This document shows, piece after piece, positions 45,815 to 58,800 of a stretch of DNA of 64,000 nt. Origin of the DNA: Haplodiscus bocki (lineage: Eukaryota); NCBI GenBank assembly GCA_965655095.1, contig OZ296655.1, positions 14,632,001 to 14,696,000 on the forward strand. Direction: 5' to 3'. The position numbers and the translations under genes were made by a program. How positions within the stretch are numbered: the stretch's first letter is position 1; every line of letters begins with the position of its first letter. The notes below the pieces were generated by a model that worked only from the letters and a program-made list of their open reading frames with translations, did no database searches and was not told the origin of the DNA.

Positions 45815-48529
45815 CTGCACTCAAAAAATCGAATGCCACGGAAAACCAACTGTAGCAAGACTCAACCAAAAGTTCAGACAATCAGTCATTGGAAGTTGAG
45901 GATACCATATACCGGACACGACGATTGGCTGCCCAAAAACATTCTTCTATAGCGGTCATCGCCGCTATGCTGAAAAAAATAAATTTTCATAGTTTTAATC
46001 GTCACCGCTCACTTCCTAAAACCCCAATATTACAAACTACGGGACGTCTTCTGACATAAGGAAACAACAGGTGCTTCACAGACTTGAAACAATCGGCCTC
46101 TCATTCAAAGACAATGAGTAACAACTCTGAGCTCTTAAAGTTTCACACAATATTAGCTGTTATCATTTACTTTCATATATACTAAAGGTAATAAAATGAA
46201 CTCGACAAGCATTTTCTATATTTTCCACATGCAGCCACAACAATTTGTACACTTATCTTTTTCACAAAACATGATAAAAAGCTCTTAAACTTTTTCTATT
46301 CCTTAAAAAAATTCACGTCATGTTATTCATTATAATACTGAAAAAGCCTGCCCTTCCATTTCCCACAAATCAGAAATCCTGAGCCACTCAGAAGTCACTG
46401 AGACCCCGCAAAACACCCTGAACCGTCGTCAAATTCACTCACAACCGTCATAAAAAAATGAACCGCAATTTCCACAAAAATGATCCTCAACTCTCTTCTT
46501 TTGAAAGTGTAAGATTTTTGTTCCAATTCTTTATTTATTCCTTTTCTTAATTCGAACTAATATAAACTGTAAAACAAGTTTTTTTTGACAAGAGAAAATC
46601 TAAAAAAAATATAGTAGAATAACCCCTTCTAAGACAACCGTCCGCGCGTCCTAGAGAAAAATGAAAAATGTTTTTGTGTTGGGTCTATCAGCACAATCAC
46701 TGTTGTTAAACTGCAGTGGTTCCTTCCAATGCCTTCGATTGAAACCCGACAGCGTGTCTTCCAGCTGCGACTTTCAGAGGCTCAATTTTGCTTTTTCCAA
46801 CAATGCGTGGCCGTGGTTCTCCTGAAGGACACGTGACAGAGGATATTGAGCTTCAAAAGCGAAACTTATAAAAGCACGAATAATAATCTGGGCAGCTGGC
46901 GCAATGGGGAGCCACAATCAGGACCTAACACCTATAGCGAAATTTTCTTTGAGTCCAACGACTACGATCTAATCAGTGCGAGCCTAAACATGTTCAGGCC
47001 AAAATTAGAAGAGCACTGGGAAGCTCCCCACTCAACCATTAGGAAAACTTCTAACGAAGCAGCTAGTCTTACAAGCTTGGCGAGTCGAAGAGAAATAACT
47101 CTACCTGAACTAATGAAAGAACGTTAGCTTAGTGCCTAAAAGCCTGTGACGTAAAACCTAAGATAAGTAGTAGTAAAGTCTTTAGTGCGTGTCATCCACA
47201 GGGGTTTTCTGCATCCTCATAACGTATAGTGTCCAACAGCAACGTTCATGGCTGTTGTCACTTTGTTCTGTTCCTTCCAAGTTCCACAGTGGCAGAAAAT
47301 ATGCACAGAATTTCTTCTTGTGGTCTGGAGAAAAATAATTCAGAAATTGAATGGAAACACCCCTAAATTTGATTACCCAGTGGGAGCTGGTCGAAGGTGT
47401 TTACATCAACAGCGGCGAAGCTAACCCAAATACGTCTAGAAAAACATTATTGAAGTCGCTTAATACACCAAGGGCCTGAAAACAAGAAACGGATTTCAAT
47501 CATGAGTAGGACAGTACAAACTAGCGAGTGAACTCAATTGATTAAAAAAGAACAAAGATCCCAGGCAACTCCAGGATATTTTCAGCCATTCACAGTGTAG
47601 AAGAAACATTGAAAAACATTCATTAGAACCGAAAATTTCTTTAAAAAATTGTCAAAGAAGCGTTGAATGTTGATTATCCAAAAAATTTAGGTAACAAATC
47701 TTTTTCAAGAGATTAACATGTGTGGTTTCGCGTTTTTGTTGTTGTTTTTTCTTCTGTACGCCAATTTCGTAATATCTCTGAAAACAATTTCTTTCAATTG
47801 CCTGTATGTCCTAGCTTATGTGGAGTTTTGGTATAGTTTTTTCGTAGACCGAGGCTCAAGACAGCGACAAAAATTTTGCAGTTTTGCAGGAAGAATTTCT
47901 GAGAAGTTTTTCAACCAGCTTGGTTTTTTGGCAGAATGTTTTGAAAATCCGTAATTTTGTTCGAAAAATCGGTACTTTTGGAACGAAACTTTTTTCTCAG
48001 AACATGTAGCGTCCCGTGAACTATACAAAGTTAGTGGACTCAATTTTCTCCAGAAAATTTTTTCCGGAAATTTTTCGCCAACATGGTTTTTGTTCCGGAA
48101 ACTTTTTGATTTTGTATAGTTTGACGTATAATTGCGGAAGTTTTGAACTTATAAGTACCTTTCTAAGACTGTGTTTAGCCTTCTGTACCAAGCAAATGTT
48201 GTTCCCAATGAGAATATGTCCCATTTTTGAACTTTTGTTCCATAAGGAAAATTTTCCGACGAGCAAAAGTTGGTGAGAAAATTTTTTCTATGTTTTTTAT
48301 GCAAAATTTTTCACATTTTCCAGAAAACTTTCAGTGCTCGGCCAAGTCGCAATTTCCATTCCAACTACCGGTTTTTTTCACACACTGTAGCATTACTCAG
48401 TGATTTTTTTATGGCCGAAGATTTTCTCCGCCAACATGGTTTTTTTACTTCCTTCTGTTTTGAAAAAATTACTTTTTTAGGTGCAAAAAACTTTGAAAGT
48501 CACTTATCTCCACTTGCTCATCAGTTCAA

Positions 48530-51500
48530 GCGCTACCGATAAAAATAATTCGTTTCCTTATCTGTTGGAATAGGCCTCTGAAGACGCGTGCCTGATATTT
48601 TTTGTATAGTGTTCCTCAGAATTTGGGGAAAAAAGATTGTGGAGAAATTCTTCAGAGTCTCCTTCTTTGGCCATTGATACCACTCGCTTCCCTCCTGAAG
48701 TAAAAACATCATCGTTAGCACAGTTATTATCGTCTTCATCATAGACGAAGTAGTCGGAAAATCCTTTCGGTACCAAGCGGACAAACGTACTTTTTTCTCT
48801 AACTGATGGTACGGACCTTTGCCTATTTGTTTCCAAAACAGGCGTTTCCGCACCTGCACTAGGTTTACCGAAACTCCTACAACGTTCTTTGCCAAAAACT
48901 GGACTGATGCTCCTACCCGAATCTTTGATAGTCCAAAGAATTGAGATTCCGTTCTGTTTGTTTTGAGGCCTGTGTTCCTCATTGTCTGTCTCCTCTGTGT
49001 GCCACATTGTGTTTCGCCTGGCCTGGAGGTACTATTTCCTATAACGTTTTTTCGATGAAACAGTCATCCCTTTTCTCAGCTAAAGAAGTTGTCTCCTGTT
49101 TCTGAGACCTCCTAACATTTTCCATTTGCACAAAAAACGGCTCCCGAGTTTTTAACTTCTTCAATCTGTCGTAATGCACTTTTATATATTTCTTTGTTCC
49201 GTCAAGTCAGATGCGAAAAATTCGAACGTTAAAAACTGCAACGATAGTGTAGGAACCCTTGTACACGGAGGTGAATTTTTTCCTTTTTCCTTCTTTGACA
49301 GTTGGAAAGAAAACAAAGACTTGCTCTTCTTCGCTACACGTAGGACCAAAAGCATGATATCCCTAATATGTCTTTTGGCGAGTCTGTTCTACCTGCATCT
49401 CTGCTTTCACAAATATTGTGCCCTCTGCATTTCTCTCTTCGTACTGAATATGGAATCGCTTGGTGTTGGAAAGAATTATGTTTGACGTGTCTCGTTTATG
49501 CAGACAATTGGTTGTCTCAGAGGCGTTCCTAGCACCACGTAGAAGGGTCTATAATTTGTCACTGCCTGAACGGAAGAACGTTGGGCCATCAATACCAGCC
49601 TAAAATATTTTTTCCACTCATGCTGATGATAATCCACATATTTAGAGAGGCTTTCTTCCAATGTGTTGTTCGTTCTTCTAATCCTTGCTTTCATTTCAGG
49701 GTGGAATGAAATTTTTGAAGTCCCTTCAATGCCTGGAATCCAACAAAGTTCATGGAAAACTTCAAAGATGAAGTTTTTTCCTTCATCACAGTGGGGCTTG
49801 ACAGGGCAGCCAAATCTAGTGAACCATAATTCGACCACGGCTCGGGCGACTGTTTGTGCCTCTAGATGTGGCATCCCTACGACCACGCATCATTTTCTAG
49901 ACTGATCACCAGTTAAAGAAATGTACTTGCACCCCTCAGAAACAGGCAGGGGTTCCATCACCTCAGGGGATATTTCCAAAAAAGGTGACTATGCTGCCAG
50001 ATTGTGGGACAATGTCTGTGTTTTTGCGGCGTTCCTTTTCTTCTCAGGCACTGATCGCAGCTATCAACCAATTTCTGCACATCCGGTTTCATGCCAGGCC
50101 TGAAAAAACGCTCCAGAGCCCCGTGATAGGTATTCCTGACACCAAATTGTCCTGTACACGGAGATTGTTGGGGTAGTGACAGAATATGTGCAATTTGGGT
50201 CTCAGCCACAACAAGTTGTTGCAGTACCTGTCCACTTTTTTCAGCTTTCCTTCCTTTGTAGAGAAGCCCATTAACTTTTTCCAAATTTCTAAATTCAACC
50301 CAGGACTTCCAGAGTTTCTCTGAAGAACCCGTCATTTGTCGCGTGTTTGTTTTCTGTTTGCTTTCCAGCCAAACAAAGACTTTGGTTAGGTTTTTTTTAT
50401 ATTTCTGCTTCATTTTGATAATTTTCCATTGGGTGTTCTGCTGTACTTGCCAGGGATTAGTTGTGTCAATTTTAATTTCTTAATCGCTCTTTGTTAAATC
50501 GGCCACAACCGTCGTTATGCCGCTCTCTTCTGTTTGAACTCGTGACAGACAATACGCATGAGGTATGCCTTTTCCTGCGTTGTGTGCTTATTCGAAGCTA
50601 AACTGTCCTAAAGTTTCAAGCCGTCCTGCAATCATACCTTCAGGATCTTTGAAACTACATAGCCAAACCAATGCTCGATTATCTGTGACAATTACAAACA
50701 TCCAAACTCAACAGGTAAGTCTTGAAATTAATCGGAAAGTGGACCAAAGCAAAAAGCTCACGTTTTGTTGCAGAATTGTTCCTCTGACATTCTGTCAGAG
50801 CCTTGCTGGCTCATGCAATAATTCCATCGTTTCTTTCAAGCTTTTGAGTGAAAAAAGCTCAATTGACAGTCAATCATCCATTTATGGTTTAGTTGTACTA
50901 GTGCCGGCTGTTTGGGTAGTCCAGAATGGGCGCTGAAAGAGGTTTTATTTTCTTTTCTTGCCAGGTATCTTCGCATTCTTATGTTCAAAAGAACTTCTTC
51001 TCCTTCTTCATTATTTAGCATAGAGGTACTGAAGTTCTACCTGAACCCGGATTGAACTTCTCAAAGAGACCAACTGAACCCAGAACTGCTCGTACTTCTT
51101 GCAAGTTGCTTGGTAGTTTTTTTTCCTCTACTGCTGCCAGCTTCTTTCGATCCAATTCCACTGCTCTTTTTGACACAACATTCCCCAAGAAAAAGAATTT
51201 TTTTCTCGAAGAATTTACATTTGGAGCCTTTTGTCTTGAGACAGCTTTTCTCGAGTCGCATAAACACCTGCTCCAAATGTTGTAAGTATTTCCCAAACAT
51301 TTTTTCAAAGACAGTTATTTCTTCTGTAAAAACCAGAGCAAATTCGTGACAAAGACCACTGAATACCAATTCCAACATGTTTTGGAAATCTCCAGGTGCA
51401 AATGTCAGTCCTATTGGAAGTCGTTTCCACTTGTAGAGTCCCACTGTAGTCATGAAAGCCGTCAAGTTTCTACTTTCTTCTTTCAAAGGCTTTTCAAAAT

Positions 51501-54500
51501 ACCCTGACCTTAAGTCAATGCTTCAGAAGAACACATTTCTTTCAAAAGAATCCATCACATCTTTAAATCTTGGAACAAGCCAACATGTTTTTTCCATTTG
51601 CTTGTTATGTCCACCGTAGTCTATAACCAAACAATAAATCCCATCCTTTTTGGGGACCAATAGTCTCGGATGAGCCCAATCGGAAGTTTTTGGAGTATTT
51701 ACAACTGCTTCAGCTAATCGTTCCGCCGTTTTTTCAAAACGTTTCTCCTGTAAGAACTCACGTTACCATAAACCTGACAAAAAGGCTCAGCGTTGGTTTT
51801 CAGTTCGTTTTGGTGCTCTATCTGGTTACCATAACGCTAGTTATTCGCACGCCCTGGAAATGTTTTTGATGTAGGTTCCTTATTACATTCAATTTCGGTA
51901 ATGACAAGTGCTGACTTTCAATCTTGACGTGCTTCTCAAAATCAGAAAACTCAAATTTCTTTTATTGGCGTTTTTGTCGGTTTCGTTTGTACAGAATGCG
52001 TTTGATGCTCAAACTCAATAATTTCAACTATCCCGGTCCGGCAGTTTTTGTATGTAACAATATCTTCACATATGAATCTTTCTTCATCTTAACCGAAAAA
52101 TTCCCTCGTTATTCCTAACTAGGGTTTGTGCTACCGATAATCCACTTGAACCTTAGATAAAATCAACTGGGTTACCATTTTTTTCGCATCTGTTATTTTT
52201 TGAACAGTTTTCGTTTCTTAATTCGCATTGCAGTTACTACTCGCTTCTAGCTGGAACTGTTTGCCTTTAAACTATGTTGAGGTATGTTGACTCACTAGTA
52301 GTTGGTCTTGGATTCAATGGTGACGTTCGGCATATCTTCCCACAAAAGAGTTTTTGCTCGTTGGCTTACAATATGCAAACCTTTTTGGTCAGAAAAGCAA
52401 TCCCAACTGACAGTGAAAAGTATGTACTGTCGATATTAAAAAAAATGGCCCGAAACCCGGCTAGAAGTTTTTCTAGTTGAATTACGAGCTCTGTTTTTCC
52501 TTTTACTGGCAATGATGTAAAAATCGCTGTGAGAAATTTTCCCTTTAATACTTCCAAGGCACCAATGAAGCCCATTGCTTGTAAAAAGTTTCAGCTGACT
52601 AGTTATACACCGCTGTTGCTATCTACCAGGGTGGAAGCCAACTTGCCTTGTATACCGCTTGCGATGTCGTTGACTTCCTTTCTATCGTTAAGCACACCAT
52701 GGCCTTGTTATTGATGGGCCACTGTGCGGCCATCTCCACATTAGTCTTCTTCAGCTTAAAAAACTCAACCTTTGTCGAAATGTTGAGAACTTCCACACTT
52801 GAAATAAAAACAACTTTGCACTCCCTTGTTCATTGAACAATTTGACCGCAGTTCCGGCAGCTATCACTTTGAAATTCCACTTCGCCATCAGATTCAGAAA
52901 ACTTCTCTCGAGATTGTGACCGTTAGCGCCTTCCTGGGGTTTTTGCGGAAGTTGAGCTCCATATCAGCCTCCCCTGTTACCTTTACGCCCTCTTCTTCTT
53001 CTGCCCCGATCCCGAATTTTCTGCTTTGGTTACTTTCTTTTGAGTTGCTCTTTCTAAAAATATTTCTTTCTCGGAATGAATCTCAGTTGTCGTTTCGCAA
53101 ACCCCGCGAGAGAGACAAAGATTCAACAACGTTAATCATAGAACAAATCAACCTTTCTGTGGAGTCGGGTTGGAAAATGGCGAATTTGGATTCTCTTTCA
53201 TCTTCCTCAATTCTTGTGACGGCTGCAAGTTTCAGTATTTTTTCTAAATATTTTTCGATTAATAAATCTGCGTCTACGAAGCTTTTTCTCAAATCAGGTC
53301 CAACTTGACTGTTGTGCATTTCCGCTGAGAATCCACGCACTACCAAATGATCCCAAACCCCATTCGACTCCTCCACTTTCCAAGCCAAACACTTCAATTC
53401 TCCCAAAAAGTCCTCTAACTTCGCCCCCGGATCTTCAATTCTTCTTGCATGCCGTCCACGGAACACGACCGGTTTCTGGAAGTTTTGCGTTCTGAAAGCT
53501 CGGACTGTTTCGTCAAAACTCAATTTTGCGTGTGTGATAAGGTGCGGTACAAATCAATCGCCTATTTTTGGAGTCGAAGTGCAAAATAAATCCGCCGTTC
53601 ATCGTTTTCGAGTTCATTTGCATTCTGCGTTTTTTTAATTCTCCGTTTCCGAAGATGCGCTAGAAACTCGAAATGTGTTATATAGCTTACAATGTCATTG
53701 AAGCCAGTGAAAAGTTACAGTAACAACATCTTGGAAGTGCCCGTAGCCGGAGTTCTTCTAAACCAAAGCCAAACTACTTCATGGTAAATTGTTGGTCGTT
53801 TAGACTGTTTTGTGTTGCTTGCTCATGTTGCGTTTTTTCAAAACTTTGTTGTCTACTTATACTTTACTTTCTGTCTTTACAGTAAATTCAAAGGATGCGA
53901 ACCCGCAAAGCTGAATTTACTGCTGTCAGAAGGCAGTGAAACCCTATGATCTCCAATGATTTATTTACTTGTACGGCTCCTTGCTGAATCTCACCATGTT
54001 TGTTCACTTCTGTTCATTTTGTTTTTGCTTTTCAATAGTCGAATAATTTTGCAAGAGCCTATTCAGGGAATCTGACCGTCTGCAGGTTATATCAAAAAAA
54101 TTAATATCACTCACAATTCCCCCGACTTTAACTTTAATTTTTCTCGACGGCTCTGAGAACGTTCACACTGGTACCAAGTTAACTTTAGTCGTAGAAATCG
54201 AAAGTTGTGGTTTTTAGCTTTTTGGGAGAAAGATTCGGCTTGTTTTTTCCCGGCAACTCCAGTTTTGGTGACTTTCGATTTTCTTAGCAGGTTTTACGTA
54301 TGTCAAATATGTACGGCAATGAATCTAGAACTTTCCTACACACGATGAATCTTCTGCTCCAAAATTGCAAAGGTTTCGATTTTTGATACCGGTTTTGTCA
54401 AAATTTGCGTTTTTAATCTCCAGTTATTCGTTTTTTTGGTCGGATGCGATTTGGTGCCTCTCAGTCTTTTTCAGATTTTATTTGCAGATGATGAAGTTGA

Positions 54501-54987
54501 TAAAAGAGTTTTCAGGAGTTCTGAGAACCGAAGAATTTCCGTGAAGGTTTAGAGATGAAAACATAGATTTGTGATGGAGATGAGATTTGGGCAAATAACG
54601 ATTTTGATGATCCTTGTCACCACTATAAAGTTCCTCAGTACTTGGGCAGAAAAGAAGTTTTGTGGAGAAGTTTTACAGAGTTTAATTCAAAGTAGAGAAT
54701 TGACTAAGGTTTCTTATTTCTAGGAGAAAGACAGTGTTTTAAAAATAAAATTGAAGAATTCCGGCGGCAAATCAGATAGGCCGACTCCCCTTTTGCTTTA
54801 TATGAACCTTATCAGCAAATGGTGTTGGGCGAAACTATCCGTTATCTGGTAAGGTTATGGTTTTGTTCTGCTCATCCGTCGAAGCCCGACGGATAGCTGT
54901 TTAGTTAAAATTTACCAACTGTCGAAACCCGACAGTTTCTATGCGATGGCTATCGATCTCGACAACCCAGACTTATGCTATGTCACA
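48530..54987 (-). mobile_element. Decayed Ty3/Gypsy LTR retrotransposon D (no env seen)
   Basis: gag (53083-53523); degenerate protease LVDSNSG (~52610); RT LTAFMTTVGLYKWKRLPIGL; integrase WFTRFGCPVKPHCDEGKNF..SFHPEMKARIRRTNNTL; KFTSVYKGSYTIV and VHYDRLK C-terminal motifs; LTR and PBS at the right end. Confidence 0.9.
54366..54987 (-). repeat. 5' LTR of element D
   Basis: Minus strand TGTGACA...TTTGCA with internal TATAAAG (~54796-54802), followed by PBS-like TGGAGCAGAAGAT (54349-54361) resembling the initiator-Met PBS TGGTAGCAGAGGAT. Confidence 0.65.
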
Positions 54988-55844
54988 GAACTTTGAATTC
55001 ACTGCCAACCGTACATTAATCGTTTTTTTTACGTTTTTATCAATTTTCCAAAATACTTTGTAGGTAATCTATATAGGTTAAAATGTATGTGAGTAAAGTA
55101 AGAGGACTAATACGCCGTTTTTGACGCCCCAGCCGAAATCATTTTTCAAGTCGAAAACGTTAAAGTACAAGTTTAACATAAACTGAATTTTGTTCACTAA
55201 AAACATAGTAGGTAAAAAAATTTCGTTGACAATGCAAATTTGCAAATTTTCAACGTAGATAGAAAAGTTCTACAAACGTTTTTTTAGTAAATTTGACAAC
55301 TGTTTGCCAGCTTTCCATTAAATGACAAAAACTGAAGCATTGATGGAAATCATACAACTTTCGTAGAAAAAAAAAGTTTTTTCTATAAGAAACCCAATTT
55401 TTTTACGTTTTCAGAAATCTTGCCACTTCAGTCGAGTTCTACGGATAACAAACATTCAAACTCTCAACCCAAAACTGTCAAGCAGTCGGAAAAATTCAAT
55501 TCGCGAAAAAGAAGTTCACTTCGAGCGTTTCCAAACCATTATTTCTTTCCTTAATTAATTTTGGGCAGAAAAATAAAAGTGTGAGCGATTGCAAAAACCG
55601 CAATGGCATTACTAGAATGCTGTTCTTACAATGCCGAAAAGCAGAAGACTTTCTGAAAAGCCGTGGTTGCGCAAACTAACGTCATTGGAGATACGAACTC
55701 AGCTAAACTTTCGATGCATAACTATGGGCAGATCCAAAATCATACTGCAAAAAACCTAAAGCGCAGTCTGACAAAGTTCGAAACCCGAAACTCTGAAAAT
55801 TTCGAACTGAATTTAAAGTGACCCAACCAGACAAACCGTTTAAA

Positions 55845-58800
55845 GATTAAGTGCGGGTTAGTCCAAAACTAAACTTAAAAAACAATTGAACGTTAGTGTC
55901 ACAACTTCCAAACCAAAACATTTTTTCGAGAAGTAGTTGTTTCACAACCTGACATTGAAAAGTTGCTTTTAACAATACATCTCCGAATCAAAAAAATACA
56001 ATTGTCGTTGAGTCCAAAACCTACAGAACGAATGAAATCGGAAATCATTTAGTTTTTTTGTTGTAATGGTTTGGGCAAACCGAAAAACCATTTGGTGACG
56101 AGTAAACGAACGCTACTATTACATAACGTGAACAATTGGAAGGCCTCGGAAAGGGCCTCTGTTTGCAAAATTATGTCAAAACGGTTTCTAAAACTGCATA
56201 TGATAATTTGATAATTTGATAGACTAGTCTTGGGGAGCAGAAAAGCCAGATTTTGGGAAGAAAACAACGCAACTCCTAATGCCGATGACCATAGTTTTTG
56301 GCGTTACCGAAAACCCCAAAGCCAAATTGCAAAACAATTGAGAATTAGCCTCATATTAAAAAAAACCACAATCTCGTCGAAAACTTCATGTTTTTCACAA
56401 AAACCCAACCCACAAGGTGTTTATAGTCGTCTAAACTAACCTAGGTTTTGAATATTTTGTTGCGAAAAGCGAAAAAGTAATTTGGAAGCAATGAAAATTT
56501 ACTCTTGAATTACTGAAAACAGCCTGTCTAAAGATGCTTTTCTCTTGCAAACTTACATGGAAAGATACTTTCGGAGCTCTGACAGCATGTAAACAATTGA
56601 CCGACAAATCTGATTGAGCCCACAAACCATATTGGAGATCAGTTTGGCACAAGTCCAAGAACTCGGAACACCAAAGTCCCAAAAATGATGCGTTCCTTTA
56701 AAAATCACATCTAAAAGCGCAAGTTAGTTTCTATCGAATGTTTGTTGTACAAGTCACGGTGAGCTCGAAATCACTTTAGGAAACACGAATGTTAGTCTGA
56801 CGCTCCTTCCAATCCAAATTCTTTCTCAAAATGGCGCACCTTAGGCATTTTGAAGCAAAATTGGTTATAGTCCAGCCGTCGCAACCAATCATTTCATGTA
56901 AAGCTTTGGGGAAGTCCAAAACGACGTTGGAGAAACAACTGGACGTAGGATGAACTTCAACCTAAAAATAAACACTTTCTGAAAAAACAGCAATGTCATG
57001 AAATTGACTTCGAAAAAATTGAATTCAAACATCCAAAAAATGAAATAAGGTACTGCCTTCCCGATAGAGCCTGAACAAAACAGTGACAGCAATCCACAGT
57101 TATTTTCACGTTAGCCTAAAGCAGGACATTTTAAGGAAACCGTATTGTTTCAATCTCACATCAAAAGTGTAGTTCAATTTTCTCAACTGTAATAACGTTT
57201 ACTGCAAAATGTTCAGCTGTCCAGCAACTAGCTTCATCACTGCAAAAGGTTCACTGAAAGTTGTTAAATCATTGAGGAAGTACCTTTGTCCCACATATTG
57301 ACTTCAAAAACTGTGCTTGCAAACATCAGTTATCAACTGTAGGTTTTATGTACAACGCGGTGAGAGCTGGAAATCAAAAATACAAACAACAAAAAAACTC
57401 TCGTTTAGCCAACCCTTGTTTACAAATCGGATCACGCAAAACTTTACAACCACCGAACGATAAAAATTAAGAAGTGATGTTAGCAGCTAAAAGCACAAGA
57501 GTAGAAATCCCATTCGAACCTATTCCAAATTTTCGCAAAGACTTGAGGTTTTTGGAAACTATTCTTTCTATTGTTGACATTGTGTTCATGGCAAAATACC
57601 ATGAAAAAGATAAAAAGCCCAGTAAACGTTTTTCAAGCAACTTCCAAAACAAAAACAAATAACATAAAACTTGGCCGAAATTTGTTTCTAGGGGAAATTT
57701 TTCCAGCATTTATCGACAATCAAAATCCAAATAGCTTTTTTTTGGACATTTCGCTTTTCTAAACTCAACACAAACCGAGTGTGGAGATGAGGTTCGCCGA
57801 AATGATATCAAAAACTGTTGTCACAGAGGCGAGCAGTTTTTTCAGTTTGTTCAGAGGATTTTTTGATGACTTTGAAAAGTATGATGCTAAAAGCAAATGT
57901 TGTTTTGACATGAGTGAACACAAGAAACAACGCTGTTTGAACTTCTGCAAACTAGCCAACTTCCTTTCAAAATTTGAATCAAACAAATCGAATATTCAAT
58001 TCAAGCATTGGATCCACAGATGTAAAGTCAAACTCGAAAATGTTGATGCGTTGCGGCGAAGCTCTTGAACAATACTTTACAGCAGTTAAGAACAATCAAT
58101 GTCCAAACAGCCGATAACTAGAAAATTAGCTTTTGCTTACCAAACACTATTCGACTATGAAAAGTAGGTGCGTTGGGAAGATATTGAAAACTACTGCCAC
58201 GGATACAAGTTGCTGTGTAATGTTGATCAGTGAAAACTTTGATGCAGCTGAAAGGTATGGTACTAACAACAAAATGTTTCTGATGTGAGTGAATACAAGA
58301 GACAGCGCTGTTTCAACTTCTGATGGTTCGCCAACTTCGTTTGAAATTTTATATCAAACAATGCAAATACTCAATTTAACTAAGGGATCCAGAAATGTAA
58401 GTTCAAAACATGAAATTGTTGATGCGTTGAAAAAAAATACTCAATATGCGTCCGAAGAGTTGACTTCAACATTGAATTTTCAGGTTTCAAAGTATTTTTT
58501 TAACTGCTTCTAAATTCTCTTTTAGTTTTTTTTATCCAGCTTCGCCAGAAGAGAGAGCACAAGTAAAAATCTTAGCGCTGAATTGTGATTCAAAGAGAGA
58601 AAATCAAGAAAGACTTGGCTCCGAGAAATCTTGCATAAATGACTATGAAAAAGCCCGCTCCTGTTGAAACGCTGCATATTGATATTAGACGTTAGCTGCT
58701 TTTTTTGGATGCTTCAATCAGCTGATTTTCAAGCCTCACTTGGAACATTCAACACTCTGGACCTTTCCATTCGTATTCTTTTTTCCAATACCAATGGAAC

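Noticed and set aside
45815-48500. Possible further retroelement fragments or a gene (ORF 46846-47127; TGTGACG at ~47145)
   Set aside because: No diagnostic motif; could not be assigned from sequence alone.
29462-53308. Plus-strand ORFs overlapping env/pol/gag (e.g. 29462-29839, 35282-35644, 52826-53308)
   Set aside because: Antisense shadows of minus-strand retroelement coding sequence.
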